Shown one piece after another: positions 46,989-61,721 of a stretch of 64,000 bases of DNA. Position 1 is the first letter of the stretch. Each line of letters opens with the position of its first letter. Location: NCBI GenBank assembly GCA_022072505.1, contig JAJVHU010000037.1:52773-116772 (forward strand), in the 5' to 3' direction. The notes under the pieces were generated by a model, which was not told the origin of the DNA, ran no database searches, and saw only the letters and a program-made list of their open reading frames with translations. Origin of the DNA: Phycisphaerae bacterium (lineage in GTDB: Bacteria > Planctomycetota > Phycisphaerae > UBA1845). The position numbers and the translations under genes were made by a program.

Positions 46989-46992
46989 ATCC

Positions 46993-48708
<1,716 letters not shown>

Positions 48709-49006
48709 GACGGTTGATGATAGTAACCCACCCCCCCGTCGGCAAACCTCCGACGCCGCCTCCCGCCGAAAACCGCGCCTCCCCGGGCGATCCGGAAACG
48801 TACCGTCGTCCGCATCCTGGATCGAGCGTCCTGATCCCCCGCCTTGTCGCCGAAGTCGGGTCGCCCTCGCGACCGACGACGGCGCAAGCCTCCCGCGAGT
48901 TGACCCGACCTCGGGGTTTCGTCGATGCTCGGCAAGGAAGTCCGCGGGCGGGCGGGCGCGGGGGCGGCGCGAGGATCCCGGACGACGACGCTTGTCGAGC
49001 ACGGAA

Positions 49007-50086
49007 ATGACGCTGGACGGCCTTTTTGAGCACACGCCTGAAACGCTCGCAGCCCGGTTGCGCGAACGCGGTCAACCGCCGTTCCGCGCCAAACAGATTC
49101 TGGAGTGGGTCTACCAGAAAGGCGCCGAAACCTATGACGGAATGAGCAACCTGCCGCAGGCGCTGCGCCAGGCGCTGGCGGAGACCCTGCCGGTTTACCA
49201 GTCCGCGGTGTCGGCGCGACAGGCTTCGTCGGACGGAACCGTCAAGCTCCTTCTGACCTGGGAGGACGGCGCGACCAGCGAATGCGTGATGATCCCTGAC
49301 GCGGACCGGCGGACGGCCTGCATCTCGACGCAGGTCGGCTGCCCGGTGAAATGCGTCTTCTGTGCAAGCGGAATCGGCGGACTGCAGCGCCAGTTGACCC
49401 GCGGTCAGATCGTCGAGCAGGCGATGCGCGTGCGGGCGGTGTGCGAACCGGACGCCCGGCTGTCGAACGTCGTTTTCATGGGGCTGGGCGAACCGCTGGC
49501 GAATTACGAGGCGACCGTCGCCGCGGTGCGGACGATCAACGCCCCGTGGGGGATGGGGATCGGCGCCCGGAAGATCACGATCAGCACGGTCGGCGTCCCG
49601 AAGGGCATCCGCCGGCTCGCCGAGGAGCAGCTTCAGATCACGCTGGCGATCTCGCTGCACGCACCGAACGACGAACTGCGCCGGCGGATCATCCCCTGGG
49701 CGGAGGCGATCGGGATCGATGAACTGGTGGACGCGGCGAACGTCTACTTCCGCTCGACCGGGCGGGAAGTCACGCTGGAGTACATCCTCCTCGGCGGACT
49801 GAACGATCAGGCGGAACACGCCAGGGAACTCGCCGTCGTCGCGCGGCGCATGCGCAGCAACGTGAACCTGATCCGCTACAACCCCGTGGAAGGGCTTCCC
49901 TATCAACGACCGGCGGCGGAGGATGCCGAGCGCTTCCAGGCGATCCTGCGCCGGGAGGGAGTGAACACGCACATGCGCCGAAGCCGGGGGCTGGACATCG
50001 ACGCGGCATGCGGTCAGTTGCGGCGTCGAGAGGCATCCTCCGGCGCGGTCGTGCTGACGACGAGGTCGGGCGCGGGCGGACCCTGA
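49007..50086 (+). CDS. rlmN: 23S rRNA/tRNA m2A methyltransferase (radical SAM)
   Basis: CISTQVGCPVKCVFCASG, NVVFMGLGEP, LAISLHAP, DIDAACGQL; ATG 49007. Confidence 0.95.
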   Translation: MTLDGLFEHTPETLAARLRERGQPPFRAKQILEWVYQKGAETYDGMSNLPQALRQALAETLPVYQSAVSARQASSDGTVKLLLTWEDGATSECVMIPDADRRTACISTQVGCPVKCVFCASGIGGLQRQLTRGQIVEQAMRVRAVCEPDARLSNVVFMGLGEPLANYEATVAAVRTINAPWGMGIGARKITISTVGVPKGIRRLAEEQLQITLAISLHAPNDELRRRIIPWAEAIGIDELVDAANVYFRSTGREVTLEYILLGGLNDQAEHARELAVVARRMRSNVNLIRYNPVEGLPYQRPAAEDAERFQAILRREGVNTHMRRSRGLDIDAACGQLRRREASSGAVVLTTRSGAGGP

Positions 50087-50173
50087 GATTCCGGAGGAGG
50101 ACCGAAGGCGGTAATCCATGTCGGTCCGGTTCCGCGTCGCCGCCCTCCTTTGCGGAATCTTTGCACGAGGGAC

Positions 50174-50202
50174 TTGACACGGCTGGCGGGGTCCACTAGG
50201 CT
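50174..50202 (+). promoter_or_regulatory. Sigma70-type promoter for coaE-rho
   Basis: TTGACA-N17-TAGGCT. Confidence 0.6.
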
Positions 50203-50245
50203 TGTTTGTCGATACGCGGCGAACACCCTCCATCGCAGCGCAATT

Positions 50246-51055
50246 GTGTCCGACGCTCCTCAGCCGTTGGCCCGCAATTCCCCGTGGATCATCCGCGTGC
50301 CGACCCGACTTGGCGGGTGCGGGAGGTTTCGGGACCGCAAGGAGAGCGGAGGAGCAGGAAATACGCCGAAAGGTCGCGGGGCAGACCCGTCCGGACGGGG
50401 TTGGACGCCGTCGCTGAAACGATCGAAACCCATCATCGGCATCGTCGGCACGATCGGCGCGGGCAAGTCCGCCGTCGCCGGGCTGCTGGCGGAGATCGGC
50501 GCCGGCGTCATTGATTCGGACGCGGCGGCGCATGAAGTCCTTCAGGAGGAGGACGTTCGCCGAACGCTGGTGCAGTGGTGGGGTCCGCGGGTGTGTCCCG
50601 ACGGACAGACGGTGGACCGGTCCGTCGTGGCGTCGATCGTGTTCGCGGACCCGGAGCCGTTGCGCCGGCTTGAGGGGCTTTTGTATCCGCGCATCGCGGC
50701 AAGGCGCGATGCGCAGGCGGCGCGGTTCGACCAGGACGCGGCGATCCGGGCGATCGTGCTGGACGCCCCGAAACTGATCGAGGCCGGTCTGGACGGTCTG
50801 TGCGACGCGGTCCTCCTGGTGGATGCGGACCGGGACTTGCGCCTGAAGCGCCTGGCGGCGTCGCGCGGCTGGACCGAGGGGGATCTGCTGGCTCGGGAGC
50901 GCCGGCAGATTTCGGTGGACGAAAAACGGGCAAAAGCCGATGAGGTCATAATCAACGACGCCGACCTAAGCGCGCTCCGTCCCGTGGTTCGCGCGGCGCT
51001 CGAGAGAATTCTGGAGGCGTTCCATCGCGGACGCCCCGATCAACGTCGATCTTAA
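50246..51055 (+). CDS. coaE: Dephospho-CoA kinase
   Basis: [14 protein letters not shown]-loop, [29 protein letters not shown]; start uncertain (GTG 50246/50297 or CTG 50414). Confidence 0.88.
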   Translation: MSDAPQPLARNSPWIIRVPTRLGGCGRFRDRKESGGAGNTPKGRGADPSGRGWTPSLKRSKPIIGIVGTIGAGKSAVAGLLAEIGAGVIDSDAAAHEVLQEEDVRRTLVQWWGPRVCPDGQTVDRSVVASIVFADPEPLRRLEGLLYPRIAARRDAQAARFDQDAAIRAIVLDAPKLIEAGLDGLCDAVLLVDADRDLRLKRLAASRGWTEGDLLARERRQISVDEKRAKADEVIINDADLSALRPVVRAALERILEAFHRGRPDQRRS

Positions 51056-51140
51056 ACTTGTCACAACGGACCCGGGGCGCGCCGCGAAGCGGGCGCGGAG
51101 GGTCGGTTCACTGAGGATTTGCAACAGGAGGTTAGTTCCG

Positions 51141-52646
51141 ATGGCGAAAGCCGGAACCGATAGAGGTCGCAACAACGCCCGCCGGGGTCCGTCCCCCAAC
51201 CGAGGAGGGCATCGTCCCAGACCCAAGGCGCTCGCCCGTCATGACGACGACGGCGTGCATACGATGCAGGACATCGACGAACCGACGCCCCCGCCCTCCG
51301 CGCCGGCGACCGACGGCGCCGCGCCGCCGGTGGAAGGAGACGCCGCGGGCGTCGATGAAACCCACGCCAAGTATGAAGAGGTCAAACGCGGCAACATTCA
51401 CATCACGCAGCTTCAGCAGATGCCCGTCAATGATCTGCACGAGTTGGCGCGCCAGGAGGGGCTGGAGGATTACACCGGCCTGAAGAAGCAGGATCTGATC
51501 TTCCGCATCATTCAGACGCGGGTGAACCGCAACGGCATGATGTACGGCGAGGGCGTGCTCGAGATCCTCCCGGACGGGTTCGGGTTCCTGCGGTCGCCCG
51601 AATACAACTACCTTCCCGGTCCGGACGACATCTACATCAGCCCCTCGCAGATCCGCCGCTTCGGACTGAAGACCGGGCACATCGTCTCCGGGCAGATCCG
51701 CCCGCCGAAGGAATCCGAGCGTTACTTCGCGCTGCTGCGCGTCGAGGCGATCAACTACGCCGATCCCGAGCAGGTGATGGAGAAGACCAACTTCGAGGAT
51801 CTGACGCCGCTGCACCCCGAGGAGCGGATCATTCTCGAAACCGCGACGCAGGAATTGAACATGCGCGTCGTGGACCTGGTGACCCCGATCGGCAAGGGGC
51901 AGCGCATGCTCATCGTCGCCCCGCCGCGCACCGGCAAGACGGTGCTCCTTCAGAAGATCGCCAACGCGATCTCGCACAACCACCCCGAGTGCCACGTCAT
52001 CATCCTCCTGATCGACGAGCGTCCGGAGGAAGTGACCGAGATGAAGCGGCACACGCAGGCGCAGGTCATCAGCTCGACGTTTGACGAGCCGGCCTCGCGG
52101 CACGTGCAGGTCGCCGAGATGGTCATCGAGAACGCCCGCCGCCTCGTCGAGTGGGGCAAGGACGTGGTCATCCTGCTGGATTCGATCACGCGCCTGGCGC
52201 GGGCGCACAACACGGAGATGCCGCACTCGGGCAAGATTCTGTCGGGAGGCATCGACGCCAACGCCCTTCAGAAACCGAAGCGCTTCTTCGGCGCCGCCCG
52301 CAACATCGAGGAGGGCGGGAGCCTCACGATCATCGGCACGGCCTTGGTGGACACGGGATCGAAGATGGACGAGGTCATCTTCGAGGAGTTCAAGGGCACG
52401 GGCAACAGCGAGCTGCACCTGGACCGCCGCCTCGTGGACAAGCGGGTCTGGCCGGCGATCGACATCCCGGCGTCGGGCACGCGCAAGGAGGAGCTGCTGC
52501 TGGACCCGAAGGAGCTCGAGCTGGTCTTCCGCCTGCGCCGCGTGACGAGCGATATGAACCCGGTGGAGGCGATGGAGCTCCTGACGGCGCGCCTCAGCAA
52601 GGTGCGCACGAACCGCGAGTTCCTGATGACGATGAATCTGGCGTAA
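51141..52646 (+). CDS. rho: Transcription termination factor Rho
   Basis: [52 protein letters not shown]; AGGAGG RBS. Confidence 0.97.
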   Translation: MAKAGTDRGRNNARRGPSPNRGGHRPRPKALARHDDDGVHTMQDIDEPTPPPSAPATDGAAPPVEGDAAGVDETHAKYEEVKRGNIHITQLQQMPVNDLHELARQEGLEDYTGLKKQDLIFRIIQTRVNRNGMMYGEGVLEILPDGFGFLRSPEYNYLPGPDDIYISPSQIRRFGLKTGHIVSGQIRPPKESERYFALLRVEAINYADPEQVMEKTNFEDLTPLHPEERIILETATQELNMRVVDLVTPIGKGQRMLIVAPPRTGKTVLLQKIANAISHNHPECHVIILLIDERPEEVTEMKRHTQAQVISSTFDEPASRHVQVAEMVIENARRLVEWGKDVVILLDSITRLARAHNTEMPHSGKILSGGIDANALQKPKRFFGAARNIEEGGSLTIIGTALVDTGSKMDEVIFEEFKGTGNSELHLDRRLVDKRVWPAIDIPASGTRKEELLLDPKELELVFRLRRVTSDMNPVEAMELLTARLSKVRTNREFLMTMNLA

Positions 52647-52691
52647 GAAGAAATTGCGGGTGATCCCCGCCGCGAACCGATCCCTTGCGCA

Positions 52692-54932
<2,241 letters not shown>

Positions 54933-55087
54933 TGTCCCGACGCTCCGCTGATAATCAACTCATCATGAAGATGGCCGCCGTGGCGACGCGGAAAGGTCAC
55001 GGGTCGAACGTTTACCCGCCGCCGTGCTTGCGGGTCACGTCCGCGGCGTGTATCCCACCTTCGCCCACTGGGGGGAGCCCGAACCGG

Positions 55088-56254
55088 ATGGAGTCAAAAA
55101 GTCGCAAGAAGCTGCTGTTCAACGTCCTGCGGATCGGGGTGTGCGTCGCCGGTCTGTATCTCGTCGTGCGCGGGGTGTCGTGGAACGACGTGGCGACGCT
55201 GCCGGACGGGGCCACGGTCGTCGGACGGATCACCGAGGACGAGGACACGGACACATTCTCCGTGGCCGAGGCCGGCGCCGCTCAGGTTCAGACGCACCCA
55301 CGCACGTATCCGCCGGCGGAAGGCTCGGACGAACCGCGGAAGGCCGACATTCATTACGGACTTCGCACCGCGCTGTCGCGGGCGAAGATCGCGCTGCTGA
55401 TCGCGGCGCTTTTCGTCTTCGCCCCGGGGACGTTCATTCAGGGGAAGCGGTTTCAGTGGATGCTGCGGGCGCAGCGGATCGACATCGGGTACTGGGAGTC
55501 GCTGAAGCTCTGCTACGTCGGGAATTTCCTGAATTTCGCGTACGCGATCGGCGGGACCGCGGGCGACATGTACAAGATGTACTGCGTCGCGCGGCACGCA
55601 AAACGCAAGACCGAGTCGATCATGAGCGTCCTGCTGGACCGGGTGGCGGGCCTGGTGGGGCTGGTGCTGCTGGTCGGCGTGATGGCGCTGTTCACGCCGA
55701 AGCTGGCGGCGTTCAGGCCCGTGCTGGGCGGGATTCTGCTGGCGGGCGTCGTCGGGGGCTTTCTTTATTTCTGGGGACCGGTGCGTCGTCGGGTTCCGAC
55801 CGGTCTGCTGTCGCGCATCCCGAAGATCGACTATCTGCGGAAGATCGATCAGACGGCGTGCAACCTGGTGCGGCATCGCTGGCTGACGGTCGGCGCGATC
55901 GTCTCGACGATGCTGCTTCAGGTGTTCTGCACGGGGTCGTACGTGGTGACGGCGTCGGCGCTGGGGTTTCAGGTTCCGGGGATCGGGACGGTCTTCGAGT
56001 TCTTCGCCTACTTCGGGACGGGCTGGGTCATCACGGTGATTCCGATCTCGGTGCAGGGCGCCGGCGCCGTGGAGTTGTTTTACGTCGAGGTCTTCCGCGA
56101 TTACGGATCGGTGTCGCAGATTCTCTGCCTGGCGCTGGCGGTTCGGGTGGTGCAGATCGTGTCGTCGCTGCCGGGCGCGGTGCTCTTCTTCCTCGGGGCG
56201 CATCATCTGCCGACGCCGCAGGAGATGGAGGCGCTGGAGGGCGGCGAGGGGTAG
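55088..56254 (+). CDS. Lysylphosphatidylglycerol synthase TM-region / flippase-like protein (UPF0104)
   Basis: G.FLN....GGTAGD.YK, SVLLDRVAGL, IPIS..GAG.VE; multiple TM helices; ATG 55088. Confidence 0.82.
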   Translation: MESKSRKKLLFNVLRIGVCVAGLYLVVRGVSWNDVATLPDGATVVGRITEDEDTDTFSVAEAGAAQVQTHPRTYPPAEGSDEPRKADIHYGLRTALSRAKIALLIAALFVFAPGTFIQGKRFQWMLRAQRIDIGYWESLKLCYVGNFLNFAYAIGGTAGDMYKMYCVARHAKRKTESIMSVLLDRVAGLVGLVLLVGVMALFTPKLAAFRPVLGGILLAGVVGGFLYFWGPVRRRVPTGLLSRIPKIDYLRKIDQTACNLVRHRWLTVGAIVSTMLLQVFCTGSYVVTASALGFQVPGIGTVFEFFAYFGTGWVITVIPISVQGAGAVELFYVEVFRDYGSVSQILCLALAVRVVQIVSSLPGAVLFFLGAHHLPTPQEMEALEGGEG

Positions 56255-56347
56255 CGCGCGGTTTCTTTCGCGCCGGCGCCGCGCCTCCGGGCGACCTTGC
56301 CCGAACCGAAACGGCGGGCGTCGCGCCGCGTAAGCGAGAGGGGAATC

Positions 56348-56869
56348 ATGACGTCAGACGGAGCGCCGCGAGCATTGAGCCTTGAAGTCCGTCCGGCGAC
56401 GGTCGCCGATGTCCCGCTGATCGTCGCCTTGATCCGGGATCTGGCGGAGTACGAGCGGCTGTCGCACGCTTGCGTGGCGACGGAAGACGCGCTGCGGAAG
56501 CACTTGTTCGGGGCGCGACCCTTTGCGGAGGCGCTGGTGGCGGAGTCGGAGGGGCGCGGCGTGGGCTTCGCGCTTTTCTTTCACACGTTTTCGACGTTCG
56601 AGGCCGCCCCGACGCTGTACCTCGAAGACCTTTATGTTCGTCCGGAGGGGCGCCGCCGGGGCGTGGGCAGGGCGCTGCTGACACGGCTGGCGGCGCTGGC
56701 GGTGGAGCGCGGTTGCCGGCGGTTTGAGTGGTCGGTGCTGGACTGGAACCGCCCGGCGATCGAGTTTTACATCGGACTTGGCGCGAGGCTGCTGGACGAC
56801 TGGCGCATCTGCCGCCTGGACGGCGCCGCGCTGGCGGCGCTGGCGACCGCCGTCGGACCGGCGACGTAA
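56348..56869 (+). CDS. GNAT N-acetyltransferase (SSAT-like)
   Basis: IRDLAEYE, FSTF....LYLEDLYV....RRRGVG.AL, WSVLDWNRPAIEFY. Confidence 0.9.
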   Translation: MTSDGAPRALSLEVRPATVADVPLIVALIRDLAEYERLSHACVATEDALRKHLFGARPFAEALVAESEGRGVGFALFFHTFSTFEAAPTLYLEDLYVRPEGRRRGVGRALLTRLAALAVERGCRRFEWSVLDWNRPAIEFYIGLGARLLDDWRICRLDGAALAALATAVGPAT

Positions 56870-56884
56870 CCGTCTCCGACCACC

Positions 56885-56913
56885 TTTACGCCCTGCCCGG
56901 CGCGCCCCACAAT
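56885..56913 (+). promoter_or_regulatory. Candidate sigma70 promoter for kbl
   Basis: TTTACG-N17-CACAAT. Confidence 0.35.
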
Positions 56914-56971
56914 ATGCCCTTGCGCGTACTCGAAACCCGAGCACCGAAAATCCGAGTCACCGAGACCGAAC

Positions 56972-58213
56972 ATGTACACTCACTTCCAGCCGCATCTTCA
57001 GAAGGAGCTGGCCTCGATCCGTGAGGCCGGGCTTTACAAGGAGGAACGCGCGATCCTCACGCCGCAGTCGGCGGGCATCCGCGTGTCGTTCCCGATCGGG
57101 TCCGCGCCGCGCGAGGTGATCAACTTCTGCGCGAACAACTACCTGGGCCTGTCCAGCCACCCGAAGGTGATCGCGGCGGCGCGGGCGGCGCTGGAAAGCC
57201 ACGGCTTCGGCTTGTCGTCGGTGCGGTTCATCTGCGGAACCCAGGACATTCACAAGCAGCTCGAGCGCCGGATCAGCGAGTTCCTCGGGACCGAGGACGC
57301 GATCCTTTACACGTCCTGCTTCGACGCCAACGGCGGGCTTTTTGAGACGTTGCTGGGGGAAAACGACGTCATCATCACCGACCAGCTCAACCACGCCTCG
57401 ATCATCGACGGCATCCGTTTGTGCAAGGCGAAGCGACTCATCTACGCCAACGCGGACATGAGCGACCTGGAGGCGAAGCTGAGGGAGGCGAAGGGCGCTC
57501 GCTTCCGCATGATCGCCACGGACGGCGCGTTCTCGATGGACGGGAGCGTCGCGCCGATCGACCGCATCTGCGACCTGGCGGACCGGTATGACGCGCTGGT
57601 GATGGTGGACGACAGCCACTGCACGGGGTTTCTCGGAAAAACCGGGCGCGGATCGGCGGAGCATTGCGGGGCGCTGGGGCGCGTGGACGTCATCACCTCG
57701 ACGCTCGGCAAGGCCCTCGGCGGCGCGTCCGGAGGATTCACCACCGGACGCCGGGAGATCGTCGAACTGCTGCGGCAGCGGTCGCGGCCTTACCTTTTCA
57801 GCAACACGCTCGCGCCGATGATCGTGCAGGCGTCGATCGCCGTGCTCGACCTGCTCAGGGAGACGACGGCGCTGCGCGACAAGCTGGAGGCGAACACGAA
57901 GCGCTTTCGCGACGGCATGACCGCGGCCGGATTCGACATCAAACCCGGCGTCCACCCGATCGTGCCGATCATGTTGTACAACGCGAAACTGGCGCAGGAC
58001 GTGGCGCGTGACCTTTACGGCGAGGGCATCTACGTCATCGGCTTCTTCTTCCCCGTCGTCGGGCGCGGGTTGGCGCGGATCCGGGTTCAGCTTTCCGCGG
58101 CGCACGAGTTTTCGCACATCGACCGCGCGATCGAGGCGTTCACCCGGATCGGACGGAAATACGAGATCCTCGGCAGAAAACGCGAGGAAATCGTCGCTCG
58201 TTACGGCGAGTAA
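56972..58213 (+). CDS. kbl: Glycine C-acetyltransferase (2-amino-3-ketobutyrate CoA ligase)
   Basis: [61 protein letters not shown]. Confidence 0.95.
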   Translation: MYTHFQPHLQKELASIREAGLYKEERAILTPQSAGIRVSFPIGSAPREVINFCANNYLGLSSHPKVIAAARAALESHGFGLSSVRFICGTQDIHKQLERRISEFLGTEDAILYTSCFDANGGLFETLLGENDVIITDQLNHASIIDGIRLCKAKRLIYANADMSDLEAKLREAKGARFRMIATDGAFSMDGSVAPIDRICDLADRYDALVMVDDSHCTGFLGKTGRGSAEHCGALGRVDVITSTLGKALGGASGGFTTGRREIVELLRQRSRPYLFSNTLAPMIVQASIAVLDLLRETTALRDKLEANTKRFRDGMTAAGFDIKPGVHPIVPIMLYNAKLAQDVARDLYGEGIYVIGFFFPVVGRGLARIRVQLSAAHEFSHIDRAIEAFTRIGRKYEILGRKREEIVARYGE

Positions 58214-58231
58214 GACGCCGACGCGCGGCGG

Positions 58232-59386
58232 CTACCCGAGCTTCCGCAGCCGGCGGCACGCCTCCTCCAGCTCGGGCATCTTCTTCGCGTAGCAGAAGCG
58301 GAGTTGATCGTCGCCGTCGGCGGGGTTGCGGTAGAAGGCCGATCCGGGGACGGACGCCACGCCGGTGCGTTCGAGGATGTCCTCGGCGGCGTGAACCGCG
58401 TTCTTCCAGCGGGTCTTGGCGAAGGCCGCCAGCATGTAATAACTGCCCGTCGGCAGGTAGGGCGTGAAACCGATGTCCCGCAGCGTGCCCGCCATCAGGT
58501 TGCGCTTCGTCTCGTAATCCTTGCGCATCCGGTCGTAATACGCCTGCGGCAGCGCCAGCCCGGCGACGATGCCGTGCTGGAGCGGGTTCGGGGCGCAGAT
58601 GTAGAAAAGGTCGGAGACGACCGCGATCTTGTCGATCATCGCCGCGGGACCGACCGTGTATCCGACGCGCCAGCCGGTGACGGCGTAAGTCTTGCTCGCA
58701 CCGCTGATCGTCAGCGTGCGCGCGTTCGCCCGCGGCAAGGCGCCGATCGAGACGTGCTCTGCCTCGTGCGTGATGTATTCGTAGATTTCGTCCGTCACGA
58801 TCCAGAGGTTGTGCCGCTCCGCCAGCGCCGCGATCTCCTCGAGCTCGGTCCGCGAGAAGACCTTGCCGGTCGGATTTCCGGGGGTGTTGATGACGATCAT
58901 CCGGGTGCGCGGCGTGACGGCGGCGGCCAGCGCCCCGGCGTCGTAACGCCAATCCGGCGGTTTGAGGTCCACGTAGCTGACGCGCGCCCCGATGAGGGTC
59001 AGCAGGTTGACGTGATAACTGTAAAACGGGCTGAAAACGATCGCCTCGTCGCCGGGGTTGAGGATCGACAGGCAGGTGCAGGCGAACGAGCCGGCGGTCC
59101 CGACATTGACGGCGATTTCGGTCTCGGGGTCGCAGGCGACGCCGTTGAAGGCCTTCATCTTCGCGGCGATGGCGCGGCGCAACTCGACGATGCCGCGCAG
59201 GTTGGTGTAAATCGCGTGGTCAGCGTCGATCGCGCGCTTCGCCGCCTCCTTGACCTCGATCGGCGCGGGCTGGTCGCAGACGCCCTGCGACAGGTTGACC
59301 CCCCCCATCGCCTGACAGATCGCCGAGTACCGGCGGATGTCGGACTGTCGGATGTCACGGACGCGATCGGCGATCGGCAAGCTCAT
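58232..59386 (-). CDS. PLP-dependent aminotransferase class I/II
   Basis: NTPGNPTGKV, DEIYE, SKTYAVTGWRVG, LRFCYAK; ATG 59386 with GGAGGA RBS. Confidence 0.92.
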   Translation of the reverse strand: MSLPIADRVRDIRQSDIRRYSAICQAMGGVNLSQGVCDQPAPIEVKEAAKRAIDADHAIYTNLRGIVELRRAIAAKMKAFNGVACDPETEIAVNVGTAGSFACTCLSILNPGDEAIVFSPFYSYHVNLLTLIGARVSYVDLKPPDWRYDAGALAAAVTPRTRMIVINTPGNPTGKVFSRTELEEIAALAERHNLWIVTDEIYEYITHEAEHVSIGALPRANARTLTISGASKTYAVTGWRVGYTVGPAAMIDKIAVVSDLFYICAPNPLQHGIVAGLALPQAYYDRMRKDYETKRNLMAGTLRDIGFTPYLPTGSYYMLAAFAKTRWKNAVHAAEDILERTGVASVPGSAFYRNPADGDDQLRFCYAKKMPELEEACRRLRKLG

Positions 59387-59413
59387 GCTGAAATCCTCCG
59401 GGTTCGTCCGATC

Positions 59414-59442
59414 GTTATACGCGGCGCGGCGCAGCCTGTCAC
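59414..59442 (-). promoter_or_regulatory. Candidate sigma70 promoter for the aminotransferase
   Basis: Minus strand GTGACA-N17-TATAAC. Confidence 0.4.
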
Positions 59443-59470
59443 GCAACCGGAGGACCGCGTGGCCGACGTT

Positions 59471-61123
59471 TCAGGGGCGTCGTCCGGGTCGGCGGGATTC
59501 CGCAGGGGCTTCCCGCAGCTTCTCCAGCGCGCAGCGCAGCACCGGATCAGACTGCGGCGTGAACGCCTCCGGAGCGGCCTCGACGCGCACCTGCGGTTTG
59601 ATGCCCTCGGGTTCCAGCGGACGGCCGTCGGGCAGGCGGTCGATCCAGCGTGGAAGATTGACGGTGATTCCGAGCCCGGGGTCGACGCGCCGCGGGTTGG
59701 CGCTGGAACCGGCGGTGCGATCGCCCAGTGTCATCGCCTGCGGCGCCTGCGCCAGCATCAGGGCGAAGGATTCCGCGGAACTCATCGTGCCTTGTCCGAT
59801 CAGGACGACGACCGGCGCCTCAAAGCGCCACGGTCCGCGCGGTTCGACGACGCGATCCAGCATCGGCCCCAGATCGTCATGCTTCGGACCGGAGCGGTAC
59901 TGATTCCGGCTGTAAACGCGCGGCTGGTCCACGAAGCGTCCGGCGATGGCGCGGGCGAGACGTTCGTCGCCGCCGCCGTTGTAGCGCAGATCGAGAACCA
60001 GCCCCCACGAATCTCCGAGGGTTTCGAGCATGTTGTCCACGAGGCCCGGCATCTCCGCGTCGGAAAGCGCGTACACGTTCAGGTACGCGATGCCGTCCTC
60101 CGTCCGGGCCCACGCTGCGCCTCGCCGCGAGTCGCGCAGCGGACCGACGAGCGCTTCCGCCGCCTGCCGGTTCGCGTTCAAGGGACGAGATCGCGAGTAC
60201 ACCGGGACGCCCTCGTCGCCGCAGCTCACCCAGACATGAAGGTCTTCGAGCGGTCGAAGCAGGTCGGCGATCCCCGCCGCGGTCTCGTACGTCGTCCTCG
60301 CCGCCGCCGCACGCGGGCGGAAGGTTGCCCGCAACTTCGCCCAGTCCACTCCGGAGCGAATCCCGAACATCGCATACTCGCGATCAAACGCCTCCCAGAC
60401 CCCATCGAAGGCGCGAAGCGCTTCCGTTTCAGTGACGGGCGTCAGGGGGGGCAGCGGACGCCGCTCGAAGAAAGGTTCGTACTTGACCGTCCCGGCCTGC
60501 GTATCCGTCATGAAGAGCCGCCGGGCGACGCTGGTCTCAAAGTCCACGACGATCGACTTGCGCCAGGGGATGACGGGAAGGTTGCCGCTTTGCCACGCCG
60601 CGTTGATCTTCCACGCCGCAGCACGCCGCGCCCAAGTCAGGAGTTCCGGGTTTCCGGCGCCTCTGACCGTTTCCGCAGGAAACAGCTCCGCGAGCACGGC
60701 GGGATTGAAGCGCAGGAAGATCGCGCGGACCTCCTCGCCTGCGCCGGCAGGGGCCTGGACGAGTCGGCCTGGCGTGTCCGGCTGAATGTGCGCCCAGACC
60801 ACGTTTCCGCGATGCACGCCGAAGGCGACCTGCGACGGGCCGAGTTCGACGGCGAACGAGGCTGCGACCTTCAGCGTGAAGGATCCGAGCGACCAGACGT
60901 CGTCGGCGTCGCAGGTCCAGGGACGGCCGATCGGCGGTTCCGAGGCGTCGAGCGTCGCCGGATAGCGTGAGGCGAGGTTGACGCCCACCGTCTGCCGGGC
61001 AAGCGCCGCGGGTCCGGCGATCGCGGCGACGAGCAAGGCAACGACCGGAAGCGCGATGCGAGGATCCGGCGGCGCGGGGGGCGTCACCGCGCGGCGCCGC
61101 TCGGCGGCCGGGGCTGGATGCAC
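59471..61123 (-). CDS. Secreted S41-family peptidase with additional N-terminal domain
   Basis: LVLDLRYNGGG, TMSSAESF, GDRTAG, EPEGIKP; signal peptide; start GTG 61123 or 61087. Confidence 0.85.
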   Translation of the reverse strand: MHPAPAAERRRAVTPPAPPDPRIALPVVALLVAAIAGPAALARQTVGVNLASRYPATLDASEPPIGRPWTCDADDVWSLGSFTLKVAASFAVELGPSQVAFGVHRGNVVWAHIQPDTPGRLVQAPAGAGEEVRAIFLRFNPAVLAELFPAETVRGAGNPELLTWARRAAAWKINAAWQSGNLPVIPWRKSIVVDFETSVARRLFMTDTQAGTVKYEPFFERRPLPPLTPVTETEALRAFDGVWEAFDREYAMFGIRSGVDWAKLRATFRPRAAAARTTYETAAGIADLLRPLEDLHVWVSCGDEGVPVYSRSRPLNANRQAAEALVGPLRDSRRGAAWARTEDGIAYLNVYALSDAEMPGLVDNMLETLGDSWGLVLDLRYNGGGDERLARAIAGRFVDQPRVYSRNQYRSGPKHDDLGPMLDRVVEPRGPWRFEAPVVVLIGQGTMSSAESFALMLAQAPQAMTLGDRTAGSSANPRRVDPGLGITVNLPRWIDRLPDGRPLEPEGIKPQVRVEAAPEAFTPQSDPVLRCALEKLREAPAESRRPGRRP

Positions 61124-61165
61124 GACGTCGCGCGCATATGATCCGAGGGCAAGGGACCAACCGCG

Positions 61166-61657
61166 GTGCCGGTATCCGATGAAGAATTCGATCACCTTGT
61201 GGCGCGGGCCTCGGTGGATGAGACCCTGCGGTCGCTGACCTTGTGCGAAGCCTGTCTTTATGACCTTCGCGGGCTTCCGGCCGCAGGCCGCTGTCCGGAA
61301 TGCGGAGGGCGTTACTGCGCGGCCGGACTTCGGCGGCGCGGCGTGTTTCGGCCTGAACATGCTGAGTTTCCTCTTGCAGAGCTTTCGGCGTCGCTGGTTC
61401 TCTTACTGGTTTGCTGGTGGATTTTCGATCCTTATGCCCTGATCGTGTTCGGTCGCACCGCGCTGCACGTGGGGTTCGGCTTTCTGACCGGTCTGACCGG
61501 GTTGCTTTGCGCCCTGATGACGTACTCGCGGATTCGGCGTTATGTCCGCGCCCGAGCGAGGGCGCGGCAGGCTCGGGCGTATGCGCGTTCCCTCGCCCGG
61601 GAGGACGGACCGTGGATCACGGTGTCGTCGCCGGTCATGAGGGCGCGCTGGAATTGA
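61166..61657 (+). CDS. Small membrane protein with CxxC-YDLRGL-CPECG zinc ribbon
   Basis: CEACLYDLRGLPAAGRCPECG followed by two TM helices. Confidence 0.72.
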   Translation: MPVSDEEFDHLVARASVDETLRSLTLCEACLYDLRGLPAAGRCPECGGRYCAAGLRRRGVFRPEHAEFPLAELSASLVLLLVCWWIFDPYALIVFGRTALHVGFGFLTGLTGLLCALMTYSRIRRYVRARARARQARAYARSLAREDGPWITVSSPVMRARWN

Positions 61658-61683
61658 CGCAGGCGTCCGGGCCAGGCTAGAAT
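61654..61683 (+). promoter_or_regulatory. Sigma70-type promoter for hflX
   Basis: TTGACG-N18-TAGAAT ending 38 nt upstream of the ATG. Confidence 0.5.
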
Positions 61684-61721
61684 GCCCCGTCATCCGCGGC
61701 GTTTCGCGCGGTCCGCATTTC

